Shown piece by piece: positions 27,686 to 37,281 of a stretch of DNA of 64,000 bases. The notes under the pieces were generated by a model. It was not told where the DNA came from. It made no database searches and worked only from the letters and a program-made list of their open reading frames with translations. Every line of letters starts with the position of its first letter. The stretch's first letter is position 1. A program made the position numbers and the translations under genes. The stretch is taken from positions 60,471 to 124,470 of the forward strand of contig JBBRLQ010000023.1 in the NCBI GenBank assembly GCA_038231275.1. The letters run 5' to 3'. The DNA is from Polyangiales bacterium (lineage in GTDB: Bacteria > Myxococcota_A > Polyangia > Polyangiales > Polyangiaceae).

Positions 27686-28512
27686 AGGAGATCGCGCCGA
27701 AGGGGTTTCGGTACGCGGTGTCCGAGGCCGGCGTCGCGCAGATCACCCTCGCGCGGCCCGAGCGCCTCAACTCGCTCACCTTCGAAATTTACCAAGAGCT
27801 TCGCGACGTCCTCCTCGAGATCGACGGCCACGACGAGGTCCGCGCGATCGTCCTCACCGGCGAGGGGCGCGCGTTCTGCTCGGGAGGGGACGTCGACGAC
27901 ATCATCGGAGAGCTCTTCGCGCGCGACATGAAGGGGCTCGTGGCGTTCACGCGCGTCACCGGACAGCTCATCGGGGCGATCCGTAAGGTCCGACGACCGG
28001 TCGTCGCGGCCGTGAACGGCGTGTGCGTCGGCGCGGGCGCCGTGATCGCGCTGGCCTGCGATTTTCGCATCGCGAGCGACGCGGCGAAGTTCGGGTTCAT
28101 TTTTCCCAAGGTGGGCCTGTGCGGCGCCGACATGGGCGCGGCGTACTTGCTCCCGCGCGTGGTGGGGCTCGGGCACGCCACCGAGCTCCTCTTTCTCGGC
28201 GACATCGTGAAGGCCGACCGCGCGCTCGCGATCGGGCTCGTGCACGAGGTGACGCCGGCGGCCGAGTGCCTGCCGCGCGCGCTGAAGCTCGCCGAGCGCC
28301 TCGCGTCGGGCCCCGCCTTCGCGCACGCGATGACCAAACAGATGCTCGAGAGCGAGGTGTCGATGACGCTCGAGCAAGCGCTCGAGGCCGAGGCCCAAGC
28401 GCAGGCGATTTGCATGCAGCACCCGGATTTTCGTACCTCGTTCGAGGCGTGGCAGAAAAAGGCGCCGATTCGCTTCGCCGGCGCGTCGCTCGATTTCAAG
28501 GACAAGCCGTGA
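27682..28512 (+). CDS. enoyl-CoA hydratase/isomerase (crotonase) family
   Basis: RPERLNSLTF, GRAFCSGGDV, VNGVCVGAGA and FPKVGLCGADMG. Confidence 0.93.
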   Translation: MKEIAPKGFRYAVSEAGVAQITLARPERLNSLTFEIYQELRDVLLEIDGHDEVRAIVLTGEGRAFCSGGDVDDIIGELFARDMKGLVAFTRVTGQLIGAIRKVRRPVVAAVNGVCVGAGAVIALACDFRIASDAAKFGFIFPKVGLCGADMGAAYLLPRVVGLGHATELLFLGDIVKADRALAIGLVHEVTPAAECLPRALKLAERLASGPAFAHAMTKQMLESEVSMTLEQALEAEAQAQAICMQHPDFRTSFEAWQKKAPIRFAGASLDFKDKP

Positions 28513-29675
28513 GCATCTCTCGCGCGTTCAAAGCCTCTCCGTGGGATGACGCCGGCCCGCTGTACGAGGACGCGCATCGACTCCTGTCGGCGCAGCTCGA
28601 AGAGAAGCTCGTGCGCCCAGGCGACGAAGCGCTCCACGAGGCCGCGCGCGTCGGCCGGCGCATGGCCGATCTTGGGCTCTTCAAGTACCTGCTCCCGAAC
28701 GCGCTCGGTCTGAAGGAAGGGCAGATCGACGTCCGCGCGCTCTGCACCGTGCGTGAAATCCTGGCGTACCACTCGCCGCTCGCCGACGCGGTCTTCGCGG
28801 TGCAGGGCCTCGCCGCCAATCCGCTCTTGGTGACCGGCCGTCGTGAGCTCGTCGACAAGATGGTGACCGGCGAAAAAATCGGCGGATTCGCTCTGACCGA
28901 GCCGGAGGCGGGGAGCGACGTGGCGTCGCTGAAGGCCACCGCGAAGCGCGACGGCGACGGGTGGATCCTCGACGGCGAGAAGACGTTCATCTCGAACGTC
29001 GGCATCGCGCACCACTTCGTGGTCTTCGCGAACGCCGATCCCGCCGCGGGTCGCAAAGGCATCAGCGCGTTCCTCGTGCACGCGCAGGCGACGGGGCTCG
29101 AGCTCGTCACCATCCCATTGTCCGGCCAGCACCCGCTCGGTCGCCTCTTGATGCACGGCGTCCGCGTCCCGGGTGACGCGCTCCTGGGCGAGGTCGGCCA
29201 AGGCCTGCGTCTCGCGCTCGGCACGCTCGAAATTTTTCGCACCAGCGTCGGCGCCGCGGCGCTCGGCATGGCGTGGCGCGCGCTCGACGAGGCGCTCCGT
29301 CACACGACGACGCGCAAGCAGTTCGGGCAGAAGCTCTCGGACCTCCAGCTCGTCCAAGCCGCCATCGCCGAGATGGCCACCGAGCTCGTCTCCGCGCGCC
29401 TCCTCGTCGCGAGCGTCGCGCGCGCCAAGGACCTCGGGAAAAAAGACGTGGGCAGCGACGTCGCGATGGCCAAGATGCACGCCACCGAGGTAGCCCAGCG
29501 CGTGATCGATCGCGCGGTGCAGCTGCACGGGGGCGCCGGCGTCGTCTCCGGCAGCAAGGTCGAGGAGCTTTACCGCGAGGTGCGGCCGCTCCGGATTTAC
29601 GAGGGCGCGACCGACGTCCTCAAGGTGTTGGTCGGGTCGAGCGTCGTCAAACGCCACGAGGCGAGCGCACCATGA
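28509..29675 (+). CDS. acyl-CoA dehydrogenase
   Basis: FALTEPEAGSDV, LDGEKTFISN, RKQFG, AVQLHGG and IYEGATDV; GTGA overlap. Confidence 0.94.
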   Translation: MSISRAFKASPWDDAGPLYEDAHRLLSAQLEEKLVRPGDEALHEAARVGRRMADLGLFKYLLPNALGLKEGQIDVRALCTVREILAYHSPLADAVFAVQGLAANPLLVTGRRELVDKMVTGEKIGGFALTEPEAGSDVASLKATAKRDGDGWILDGEKTFISNVGIAHHFVVFANADPAAGRKGISAFLVHAQATGLELVTIPLSGQHPLGRLLMHGVRVPGDALLGEVGQGLRLALGTLEIFRTSVGAAALGMAWRALDEALRHTTTRKQFGQKLSDLQLVQAAIAEMATELVSARLLVASVARAKDLGKKDVGSDVAMAKMHATEVAQRVIDRAVQLHGGAGVVSGSKVEELYREVRPLRIYEGATDVLKVLVGSSVVKRHEASAP

Positions 29676-31195
29676 GCTCCGCGAGCACCTTGTTCACTCC
29701 GCTGACGCTGCGCTCGGCGACGCTGCCGAACCGCATCGTCCTGCCTGCGATGGTCACGCGCCTCTCCGGCGAGGACGGCGTCGTGAACGACGACATTCGC
29801 GCGCGCTACGTCCGGTTCACGAAGGGCGGCTCCGGCCTCATCGTGGTCGAGGCGATGGCGGTGCACCAGTCGAAGAGCGGCCCGCTGCTCCGCATCTGCT
29901 CCGACGAGTTCAAGCCAGGCCTCGCCGATCTCGCCGCGCGATGCCACGACGCAGGGCCCGGCAAGGTGTTTCCGCAGATCATCCACTTCCTCAAGATCTC
30001 GCGCTCGGGCTGGCGGCAGACCGTCGACATGCTCTCGCCGAAGGACATCGACGACATCGTCGACGCGTACGGGGCCGCGGCCGTGCGTGCGCGCGAGTGC
30101 GGCTTCGACGGCGTCGAGCTCCACATGGCGCACGCCTACACGCTGTCGTCGTTCCTCTCGCGCCTGAACCCTCGGCGCGACGCCTACGGCGGAACGCTCG
30201 AGAACCGGCTGCGCCTCCCGGTTCGCGTCATGCAGCGCGTGCGCGCGGCGGTCGGCGAGGACTTTCCGATCGGCGTGCGCTTCCTCGGCGAGGAGTGCAT
30301 CCGCAACGGGTACACGCCGGTCGAAGCGGGGCCGATCGCGGTGCGCCTCGCGCGCGAAGGGGCCGACTACATCTCGCTCTCGGCAGGCGGAAAATTCGAG
30401 GACGCGCGCGCCATTCCCGGCGAGCCGCTCTATCCGTACACCGGCTATTCGGGCGATCGCTGCATGCCGGGCTCGAACTACCCGGACGGCGCGAACCTCT
30501 ACATCCCCGAGGCCGTCCGCGGGACCGTGCGAGCCGCAGGCCTCACGACGCCCATCGTCGCCGCGGGAAAAATTGGCTCCCTCGAGCTCGCCGAGCAGGT
30601 GCTGGCGCGTGGCCAAGGCGACATGATCGGAATGGCGCGCGCGCTCTTGGCGGATCCGGATCTCCCCAAGAAGTGGCAGAGCGGCCGCCAAGAAGCCGTC
30701 GTGCGCTGCGTCTACGGCAACGTCTGCAAGGCGCTGGACGAGAATTTTAGACGTGTAGACTGCACGCTTTGGCCGAAGAAGGCCGGCCAGGCTCCGGAGA
30801 GCAGCGACACGATCCCGCCGGCGTGGGCCGTGAGCGGCCCCGAGCTCACCGCCGAGTACAAAGACGGTCGCGTGCTCCTCCGCTGGAAGGCGGCGACCGA
30901 CAACGAGGTCCTCTACGGCTACCAGATCATGCGCGGCGAGGGCGGGCTCCCGATGTCGCATTACGCGAGCGTTCGCGGCGCGTCGGCGCGCTTCGAGGAC
31001 GCGCGCGTGATCGGCGGAGCTTCCTACGCGTACGCAGTTCGCCCGTACGACCTCGCCGGCAACCGCGGGCCACTCAGCCCCAGCGCGCGCGTCGACGTCC
31101 CGAACGAGCACGTCCCCGCCGCCGACGCGACGCACCTCGAGATCGCCAAGAACCCTGGCGCAATCGAAGGCTGCACTTCGGTCACGGGCGGCTAG
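29672..31195 (+). CDS. NADH:flavin oxidoreductase (Old Yellow Enzyme TIM barrel) fused to a C-terminal fibronectin type III domain
   Basis: LPNRIVLPAM, GFDGVELHMAHAY, RRDAYGGTLENRLR and MARALLADPD, then LRWKAATDN..YGYQIMR...YAYAVRPYDLAGN. Confidence 0.88.
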   Translation: MSSASTLFTPLTLRSATLPNRIVLPAMVTRLSGEDGVVNDDIRARYVRFTKGGSGLIVVEAMAVHQSKSGPLLRICSDEFKPGLADLAARCHDAGPGKVFPQIIHFLKISRSGWRQTVDMLSPKDIDDIVDAYGAAAVRARECGFDGVELHMAHAYTLSSFLSRLNPRRDAYGGTLENRLRLPVRVMQRVRAAVGEDFPIGVRFLGEECIRNGYTPVEAGPIAVRLAREGADYISLSAGGKFEDARAIPGEPLYPYTGYSGDRCMPGSNYPDGANLYIPEAVRGTVRAAGLTTPIVAAGKIGSLELAEQVLARGQGDMIGMARALLADPDLPKKWQSGRQEAVVRCVYGNVCKALDENFRRVDCTLWPKKAGQAPESSDTIPPAWAVSGPELTAEYKDGRVLLRWKAATDNEVLYGYQIMRGEGGLPMSHYASVRGASARFEDARVIGGASYAYAVRPYDLAGNRGPLSPSARVDVPNEHVPAADATHLEIAKNPGAIEGCTSVTGG

Positions 31196-31259
31196 CAGAA
31201 GCCGTTGGCGAAACACCGCTGCGGCGGCCGTCGTTTGCGCTACAAAGAAGCAGGCTTCG

Positions 31260-31976
31260 ATGAGCGGGGACGACAAGCGCCGAGAGGCTCGTTACAAGGC
31301 GAGCGTTCCAGTGAAGGTGATCCGCGGCAAGGAGATCGTCTCCTTGGTGAGCGAGGACGTGAGCTTTCGCGGCGTCTTCGTGAAGATGGATCTCCCGCCC
31401 GCGCTCCGGCAGCTGGTGCGCCTCGAGGTGCTGCTCCCCGAAGGGCCATGCCTCAAGGTGCACGCGATGGTCGTCTTCCGCGTGCCGCCGGGGGGCAGCG
31501 CGGTCGCCGGAGCAGGGATGCAGTTTTACGGGCTCGAAGGGCGTGAGCGCGCGCAATGGGACGGCTTCGTGCAAACCGTGCGCGACGCGCAACCCAAGTC
31601 GACCCCTGATCCGGGCGCCGTCCAGCCCATCGAGGCGATCGACGATCGGCGAGAGTTCGAGCGCTACGCGGTTCGCTTCGAGGTGAGGATGTCGACGATG
31701 GCGGAGCTTCGCACGCTGTACACGCGCGACATCTCCAAGGGCGGCATGGCCCTCGAGACGGACATGGACCTCCCGCCCGGCACCGACGTCGGGCTCGATC
31801 TCATCCACCCGCGGACGTCGGCGGCCTTCGAGCTCGAGGCGATCGTCCGCCGCCGCATCCGCCAGGCGAACGCGAGCGGCCTCGCCCTCGAGTTCAAGCA
31901 AATGTCCCCTGAGCGCCGCGCCGCCCTCGAGCGCTTCATCGCCACGAACGACAGCGGACGCCCGCGGGCGTCGTGA
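31260..31976 (+). CDS. tandem PilZ-domain protein
   Basis: Two RxxxR plus D/NxSxxG motif pairs: KRREARY/DVSFRG and RREFERY/DISKGG. Confidence 0.88.
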   Translation: MSGDDKRREARYKASVPVKVIRGKEIVSLVSEDVSFRGVFVKMDLPPALRQLVRLEVLLPEGPCLKVHAMVVFRVPPGGSAVAGAGMQFYGLEGRERAQWDGFVQTVRDAQPKSTPDPGAVQPIEAIDDRREFERYAVRFEVRMSTMAELRTLYTRDISKGGMALETDMDLPPGTDVGLDLIHPRTSAAFELEAIVRRRIRQANASGLALEFKQMSPERRAALERFIATNDSGRPRAS

Positions 31977-34900
31977 AAGCGGTCCACGCCCTTTTCCTCT
32001 TGTCGTGCGCCGCGTGCGCGGGCACGCCACCATCGCCGATGACGAAAGCTCTCACCGCGCCGTCTTCTCGAGCCGCACCGGCCGCGCGCGTCGATCTCGA
32101 CGGCGTCGCGGAAGGCGTCGCCGTTCGTGGCTTCGTTCCGTCGGCGATCTACGTCGACGACGCGGGCACCCGTCGCGGCGGTCGCTTCGTGCACGCGCGC
32201 ACGCGCTTCGTCTTCGATTATCTGCGCCTCGAGTCGGCGGCGCAGGCGTTCGTGCACGTGACGACGTACCCCTCGTCGGACGGCGGCGAGCCGCACACGC
32301 AAGAGCACCTCCTCCTCGGCCGCGGCAACAAGGGGCGCTACCTCGGGAACTTCGATCACACGATGCTCGCCGAAGCGAGCGCGTTCACGGCGCAGTACCG
32401 GACGGCGTATCTCTTTCACACCGTCGGCGGCCCGGGGACCTTCTGGCCGCTCCTCTCGACGCACCTGGATGCGCTCCTCCGTCCCGATTACACCGACCTC
32501 GACATCCGGCGCGAGGTCCGCGACTGGGGCGTCGCGAAGGCACCGGACGGTAAGCTCTCTCTGTCGGAGAAGGGGACCGTCTACAACGAGATGGTCAATC
32601 GGACCGAGGACCCGAACGACATCGCGTGGTACTCGGCGATGCGCATGATCTACGGTGACGATCACCCGCTCGCGGCAAACAGCGGCGGATCGCCCGAAGG
32701 CATTCGTGGCCTGACGCCCGAGAAAATAAGGCGATTTCACGCCGCGCACTACAAGATCGGCAACATGGGGATGATCGGATCGTTCCCGTCCTCCGTGTCG
32801 CTCGACACCGCGCTCGAGGAGGTAGGCAAGACGCTCGACACGCTCACGCCGCCCGGCGACGACGCGCAGCGGTTCATGCGCGAGGCCGATCTGCCTCCGC
32901 CGCGCGGCGCTCCGGCGGGGACTCTTCGTGTCGTGGACTACCCGTACGCGTCGACCGATCATCCGAGCCCGATGCGCTTCGCGTGGCCGGCGAACGGCAA
33001 GCGAACCCTCGCCGAGCGCTGGGCCGCCGACGCGTTCTTCCAAGCGTTCGGCGATGGGGCGGGCTCGACGCTCTACACCGCGCTCATCGATCAAAAGACG
33101 CGAGAGCTCGACGTCGGTGCGACCGCGGTGTGGTGTTGGGCGAGCAACGATCCCGGTCAGCCGATCAACGTCGCGCTGGACGGCGTCGCGGCGTCCCACG
33201 GAAGCGAAGCGTCGCTCCGCGCGGTGCGTTCCGTGGTCACCGCGCGACTGCGCGCGATCGCCGCGATGCCGGACGGGTCGAAGGAGCTCGCAGCCTTCCA
33301 AGAGCGGTACCGCGCGCGCCTCGTCGACTCGAAACGATGGCTCGACAAGTTCCTCGATACGCCGCCCGCGTTCGGGGCGCGCTCGACGGGCGACACGTGG
33401 CTCGTGCACCTCGAGCGCAACGTGAACGAACAGGCGGGCTTCGTCCGATCGCTGACGGTGACCGACGCGCAGAAGGCCGCGTTCGCGATCGCCGACGCGA
33501 AGACGAACCCGTGGCGAGATCGCATCCGCGAGTGGGGTCTGCTCGAGGCGCCGTCCGGCGTGGTCGCGCGCGCGTCGCCGGCCCTTCGCAAGAGCCTGGA
33601 CGACGCACGAACGGCGCGCGGGAAAGAAGAGCTCGCCCGGCTGGTGCGCGCGTACGGGACGACCGACGAGCAGGAGGCGCTCCGTCGCCGCGCCGCGGAG
33701 ATCGCCCAGGGCGACGAAGAAATCGCGCGCGCGGAGGCGACCGTCCCGATGCCGCCGTTCCCCGCCGATCCGCCGATGACCAGCGACGACGCGATCACGT
33801 CGAAGGAGGTGTCCGTTCGCGGCGTCCCGGGCCTCCAGTCCACCTTCGATACGATGAAGAGCGCCACGGTCGGCCTCGCGCTCTCGCTCGACGGAGTCCC
33901 TGAGGATCTCTTCCCTTACCTCGCGGTCCTGCCGAGCGTGATGCAGGACGTCGGCGTCCTCGAGGGCGGCAAGCCTATTCCGTACGACGAGGTCCGCGAT
34001 CGGTTGCGGCGTGAGGTGCTCGGCGCGAGCGCGTCCTTCGACGTCCGCTTCTCCAAGAAGCGCGCGGAGCTGGTCCTCGACGCGTCCGGCAACGACGAGG
34101 CGGAGACGCGGCGCGCCCTCCTCTGGATCCGCACCTTCCTGCTCCACCCCGATTGGCGCGTCGAAAACCTGCCGCGCATTCGCGACGTCGTGAACGAGCA
34201 GATGAAGGCGCACCACAGCGTGATGACGGCGCCGGAGGAGCATTGGTTCAAGACGGTCACCAACGCGTATTGGCGACAAGAAACGCCGGTGCTCGCGCAC
34301 GCGGGGCTCTTCATCACGCGCGCGCACGACGCGTTCCGTGTTTCGTGGATGCTCGCGGGCGGCGCCGACGTGAAGGGCTTCGGCGCGTTCGTGAGGCGGC
34401 TCGCGACCGCGGGAAAGAAGGGCGATCGCGCGTCTCTCGTGCGCCTCACGGCGGCGCTCGCCGACGTCGACAAGGAGCCGGCCACGTTGTCCGCCGACGC
34501 GGCGCCGCTCGTGATGGCCGCGCGTGCGTTCCCAGAGGGCGCGCGCCCGCTCCTCCGCAAGCTCGGGCGGGATCTCGGCGAGATGCTCACGGATCTCCCC
34601 GATGCGTCGCTCGGCGCCGACTGGGCGGCCATGTGCACCCAGCTCGCGGACGACGCCGCGCGATCCCCAGCCGCCACGCTCGCGGCCTTCGAAAAGCTCC
34701 TCGGGCTCGTTCGCCACGCCGACCGCGCGCGCCTCTGGTCGGTCGGCGCCGCGAAGCACCACGCCGCGATCCAGGGGGACGTCGACGCGCTGGTGGCGGC
34801 GCTCGACCCCGCCCCGAGCGCTCGCGCCAAGGTCGCCGCCGGAACGCGCGTCACCGATCGCGCGCGGGCGCGCGGGGCGAAGGGCAGCGACCCGAAGGTC

Positions 34901-35563
34901 GTCGCGCTCGTGGATCCGAACCGCGCGAATGGCTCGCTGTCGAGCACGACGCCGAGCGCGTCGTACGACGATCCCACCGACGTTGCCCTCGTGGACTACC
35001 TCACCGCAAACGTCTTCAACGGCACCGGCGGCCACTCCTTCTACAAGCGCATCTGGGGCGCTGGCCTCGCGTACAGCGGCTACTTGTCGACGTCGCCGTA
35101 CTCCGGCCGCGCCGAGCTCTACACCGATCGCTGCTCCGATCTCGCGCAGCTCCTCCAGTTCACCGACGGCGAGGTGCGCCACAACAAGCCCGATCCGCGC
35201 GTGGCCGACTACGCCGTCGCGACCGCGTTCGCGTCGCGCGTCGGTGACACGTACGAATCGCGCGCGCGATGGGCCGCCGACGATCTCGTCTCCGGCGCGT
35301 CCCCCGCGCAGGTGCGCGCCTTCCGTTCGCGGCTGCTCGCGCTCCGGAGCAAGCCCGATCTCGCCAAGACCCTCCACGAGCGGCTCGTCCCCGTGTACGC
35401 GCCGCTCATCCCATCGCTCGCTCCCGGCGCGGCGCGACCCGCCGACGCGCTGATCTTCGCGATCGGCGCGGAGCCGCAGATCAAGGCGCTCGAGGCGCAG
35501 CTGCAGGCGGCCCTCGGCCCGTCGACCGTGATCCTGCGCCTCGCTCCGCGCGACTTCTGGTGA
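31973..35563 (+). CDS. M16C (presequence-protease/insulinase-like) zinc metallopeptidase, probably a lipoprotein
   Basis: HxxEH (HTQEH), KGTVYNEM, NSGGSP..I..LT.E...FH..HY and C-terminal IWGAGLAYSG; N-terminal LLSCAAC. Confidence 0.85.
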   Translation: MKAVHALFLLSCAACAGTPPSPMTKALTAPSSRAAPAARVDLDGVAEGVAVRGFVPSAIYVDDAGTRRGGRFVHARTRFVFDYLRLESAAQAFVHVTTYPSSDGGEPHTQEHLLLGRGNKGRYLGNFDHTMLAEASAFTAQYRTAYLFHTVGGPGTFWPLLSTHLDALLRPDYTDLDIRREVRDWGVAKAPDGKLSLSEKGTVYNEMVNRTEDPNDIAWYSAMRMIYGDDHPLAANSGGSPEGIRGLTPEKIRRFHAAHYKIGNMGMIGSFPSSVSLDTALEEVGKTLDTLTPPGDDAQRFMREADLPPPRGAPAGTLRVVDYPYASTDHPSPMRFAWPANGKRTLAERWAADAFFQAFGDGAGSTLYTALIDQKTRELDVGATAVWCWASNDPGQPINVALDGVAASHGSEASLRAVRSVVTARLRAIAAMPDGSKELAAFQERYRARLVDSKRWLDKFLDTPPAFGARSTGDTWLVHLERNVNEQAGFVRSLTVTDAQKAAFAIADAKTNPWRDRIREWGLLEAPSGVVARASPALRKSLDDARTARGKEELARLVRAYGTTDEQEALRRRAAEIAQGDEEIARAEATVPMPPFPADPPMTSDDAITSKEVSVRGVPGLQSTFDTMKSATVGLALSLDGVPEDLFPYLAVLPSVMQDVGVLEGGKPIPYDEVRDRLRREVLGASASFDVRFSKKRAELVLDASGNDEAETRRALLWIRTFLLHPDWRVENLPRIRDVVNEQMKAHHSVMTAPEEHWFKTVTNAYWRQETPVLAHAGLFITRAHDAFRVSWMLAGGADVKGFGAFVRRLATAGKKGDRASLVRLTAALADVDKEPATLSADAAPLVMAARAFPEGARPLLRKLGRDLGEMLTDLPDASLGADWAAMCTQLADDAARSPAATLAAFEKLLGLVRHADRARLWSVGAAKHHAAIQGDVDALVAALDPAPSARAKVAAGTRVTDRARARGAKGSDPKVVALVDPNRANGSLSSTTPSASYDDPTDVALVDYLTANVFNGTGGHSFYKRIWGAGLAYSGYLSTSPYSGRAELYTDRCSDLAQLLQFTDGEVRHNKPDPRVADYAVATAFASRVGDTYESRARWAADDLVSGASPAQVRAFRSRLLALRSKPDLAKTLHERLVPVYAPLIPSLAPGAARPADALIFAIGAEPQIKALEAQLQAALGPSTVILRLAPRDFW

Positions 35564-35643
35564 CGGCATCGGGTGTCACCTTCTGGTGACGTGCGCGCCG
35601 GCCGGAGAAATCGGCTATCGTCCTCCGCCGTCGGAGGACCGCC

Positions 35644-37281
35644 GTGCACAAATCGCCGCAATTTGCCGAGGATTTGAACCTCGCCAACTATTTCCTCTTC
35701 GATCGGATCGCCGAAGGTCTGGGGCCGAAGGACGCGATCCGCTACGGCGCGCGAAGCTATACGTACGAGCTCGTCGCCCAGCGTTCGCGCGCCTTCACTG
35801 CGCTGCTCGTGCAGGCCGGCGTTCGCCGCGGCGAGCGCGTGCTCCTCGTCCTGCCCGACGCGCCTCCGTTCGCGTGGGCGTTCTTCGGCACGCTCGCGCG
35901 CGGCGCCGTCATCGCGATGGGCAACCCCGACAGCAAGCCCGAGCAGATCGAGTACCTCGTCGGGTACACCCGCGCGACGGCGGTGGTGACATTGCCGCGC
36001 GTCGCGACCGTCCTGCGCGAGGCGGCGAAGGCGAGCGGCGTCGGGCGCGAGGTGCTGAAGATCTGGACCGTCCCCGACACCGCGACCGGTGAGGATCCCG
36101 AGGCCTCGAGCGGCGTCACGCCCGACGAGATCGTGGCCGACCTCGCCGCCGCGCTCGCCGGCGTGGAGCCGCTTCGCGATCCGATCCCGGTCCACCGCGA
36201 CGAGCCGGCGATCTGGCTCTTCACGAGCGGCTCGACCGGCGAGCCGAAGGCCAACGTCCACATGCACCGCGATTTTGCGTTCAACACCGAGGTCTACGCG
36301 AAGGGCACCGTCGGCTACGCGAAGGACGACGTCACCGTCAGCGTGCCGCGCCTCTTCTTCGGCTACGCGACGGGCACGAACCTCATGTTCCCGTTCGCCG
36401 TCGGCGCGACGGTCGGCCTCTTCAGCGAGCGGCCGACGCCGGAGACGCTCGCGCAGGCGATCACGACGTACAAGCCCACCGTCATCACCAACGTGCCGAC
36501 GATGATCGGCAAACTCATGGAGCACGACGACGCACTCCGCGCGAAGGGGGAGCCGGGTCTTGACATGTCGCAGGTGCGCTTCTCGCTCTCGGCGGGCGAG
36601 GCGCTGCCCGAGGCGCTCCTTACGCGCTGGCTCGAGCGGTTCGGCAGCGACGTCTACGACGGCATCGGCTCGGCCGAGATGTTCCACATCTACGCGTCGA
36701 ACCGCCCCGGCGACATCAAGCCCGGCTCGCTCGGCAAGGCGGTCGCCGGCTACGAGCTGCGCATCTTGCCCGAAGAGGCCGAAGGACCCGGCGCGGCTCC
36801 GTGCGCGCCCGGCGAGATCGGCGTCCTCTGGGTCAAAGGCGACAGCGTGAGCCTTGGATACTGGCTGGATCGCGACAAGAGCTGGAAGACGTTCCACGGG
36901 CACTGGTGCAGGACCGGCGATCTCTTCCGCATCGACGAGCACGGATACTTGTACTTTGCAGGTCGCTCCGACGAGCTCCTCAAGGTCGGCGGGCAGTGGC
37001 TCGCGCCGGTGGAGGTCGAGGACTGCTTGATGAAGCACGAGTCAGTGCAGCTCGCGGCGGTCATTGGCGTCGAGGACGGAGGCCTCACCAAGCCCAAGGC
37101 ATTCATCGTCCTGCGCGCGGCGTTCACGGCGTCCGACGCGCTCGCCGCCGAGCTCCAGCAGTTCGTCAAGACGCGCCTTCTACCGCACAAATACCCGCGC
37201 CTCGTGGAGTTCGTCGCCGACGTTCCGAAGAACGATCGCGGCAAGGTCGATCGCAAGGCCCTGCGCGCGAGGCAGCCGTGA
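35644..37281 (+). CDS. benzoate/aminobenzoate-CoA ligase family protein
   Basis: FTSGSTGEPK, PRLFFGYATG, SAGEALP, DGIGSAEMFHIY, RTGD, GRSDELLKVGG and HKYPR; SD GGAGG. Confidence 0.92.
   Translation: MHKSPQFAEDLNLANYFLFDRIAEGLGPKDAIRYGARSYTYELVAQRSRAFTALLVQAGVRRGERVLLVLPDAPPFAWAFFGTLARGAVIAMGNPDSKPEQIEYLVGYTRATAVVTLPRVATVLREAAKASGVGREVLKIWTVPDTATGEDPEASSGVTPDEIVADLAAALAGVEPLRDPIPVHRDEPAIWLFTSGSTGEPKANVHMHRDFAFNTEVYAKGTVGYAKDDVTVSVPRLFFGYATGTNLMFPFAVGATVGLFSERPTPETLAQAITTYKPTVITNVPTMIGKLMEHDDALRAKGEPGLDMSQVRFSLSAGEALPEALLTRWLERFGSDVYDGIGSAEMFHIYASNRPGDIKPGSLGKAVAGYELRILPEEAEGPGAAPCAPGEIGVLWVKGDSVSLGYWLDRDKSWKTFHGHWCRTGDLFRIDEHGYLYFAGRSDELLKVGGQWLAPVEVEDCLMKHESVQLAAVIGVEDGGLTKPKAFIVLRAAFTASDALAAELQQFVKTRLLPHKYPRLVEFVADVPKNDRGKVDRKALRARQP

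Noticed and set aside
31664..35569. Very long antisense and alternate-frame ORFs (for example 31664-35569 -, 22612-25311 -, 46443-49181 -, 38091-40493 +, 8601-10847 +)
   Set aside because: They are Arg/Ala-rich shadow ORFs that overlap genes with clear family motifs, as expected in high-GC DNA where stop codons are rare.
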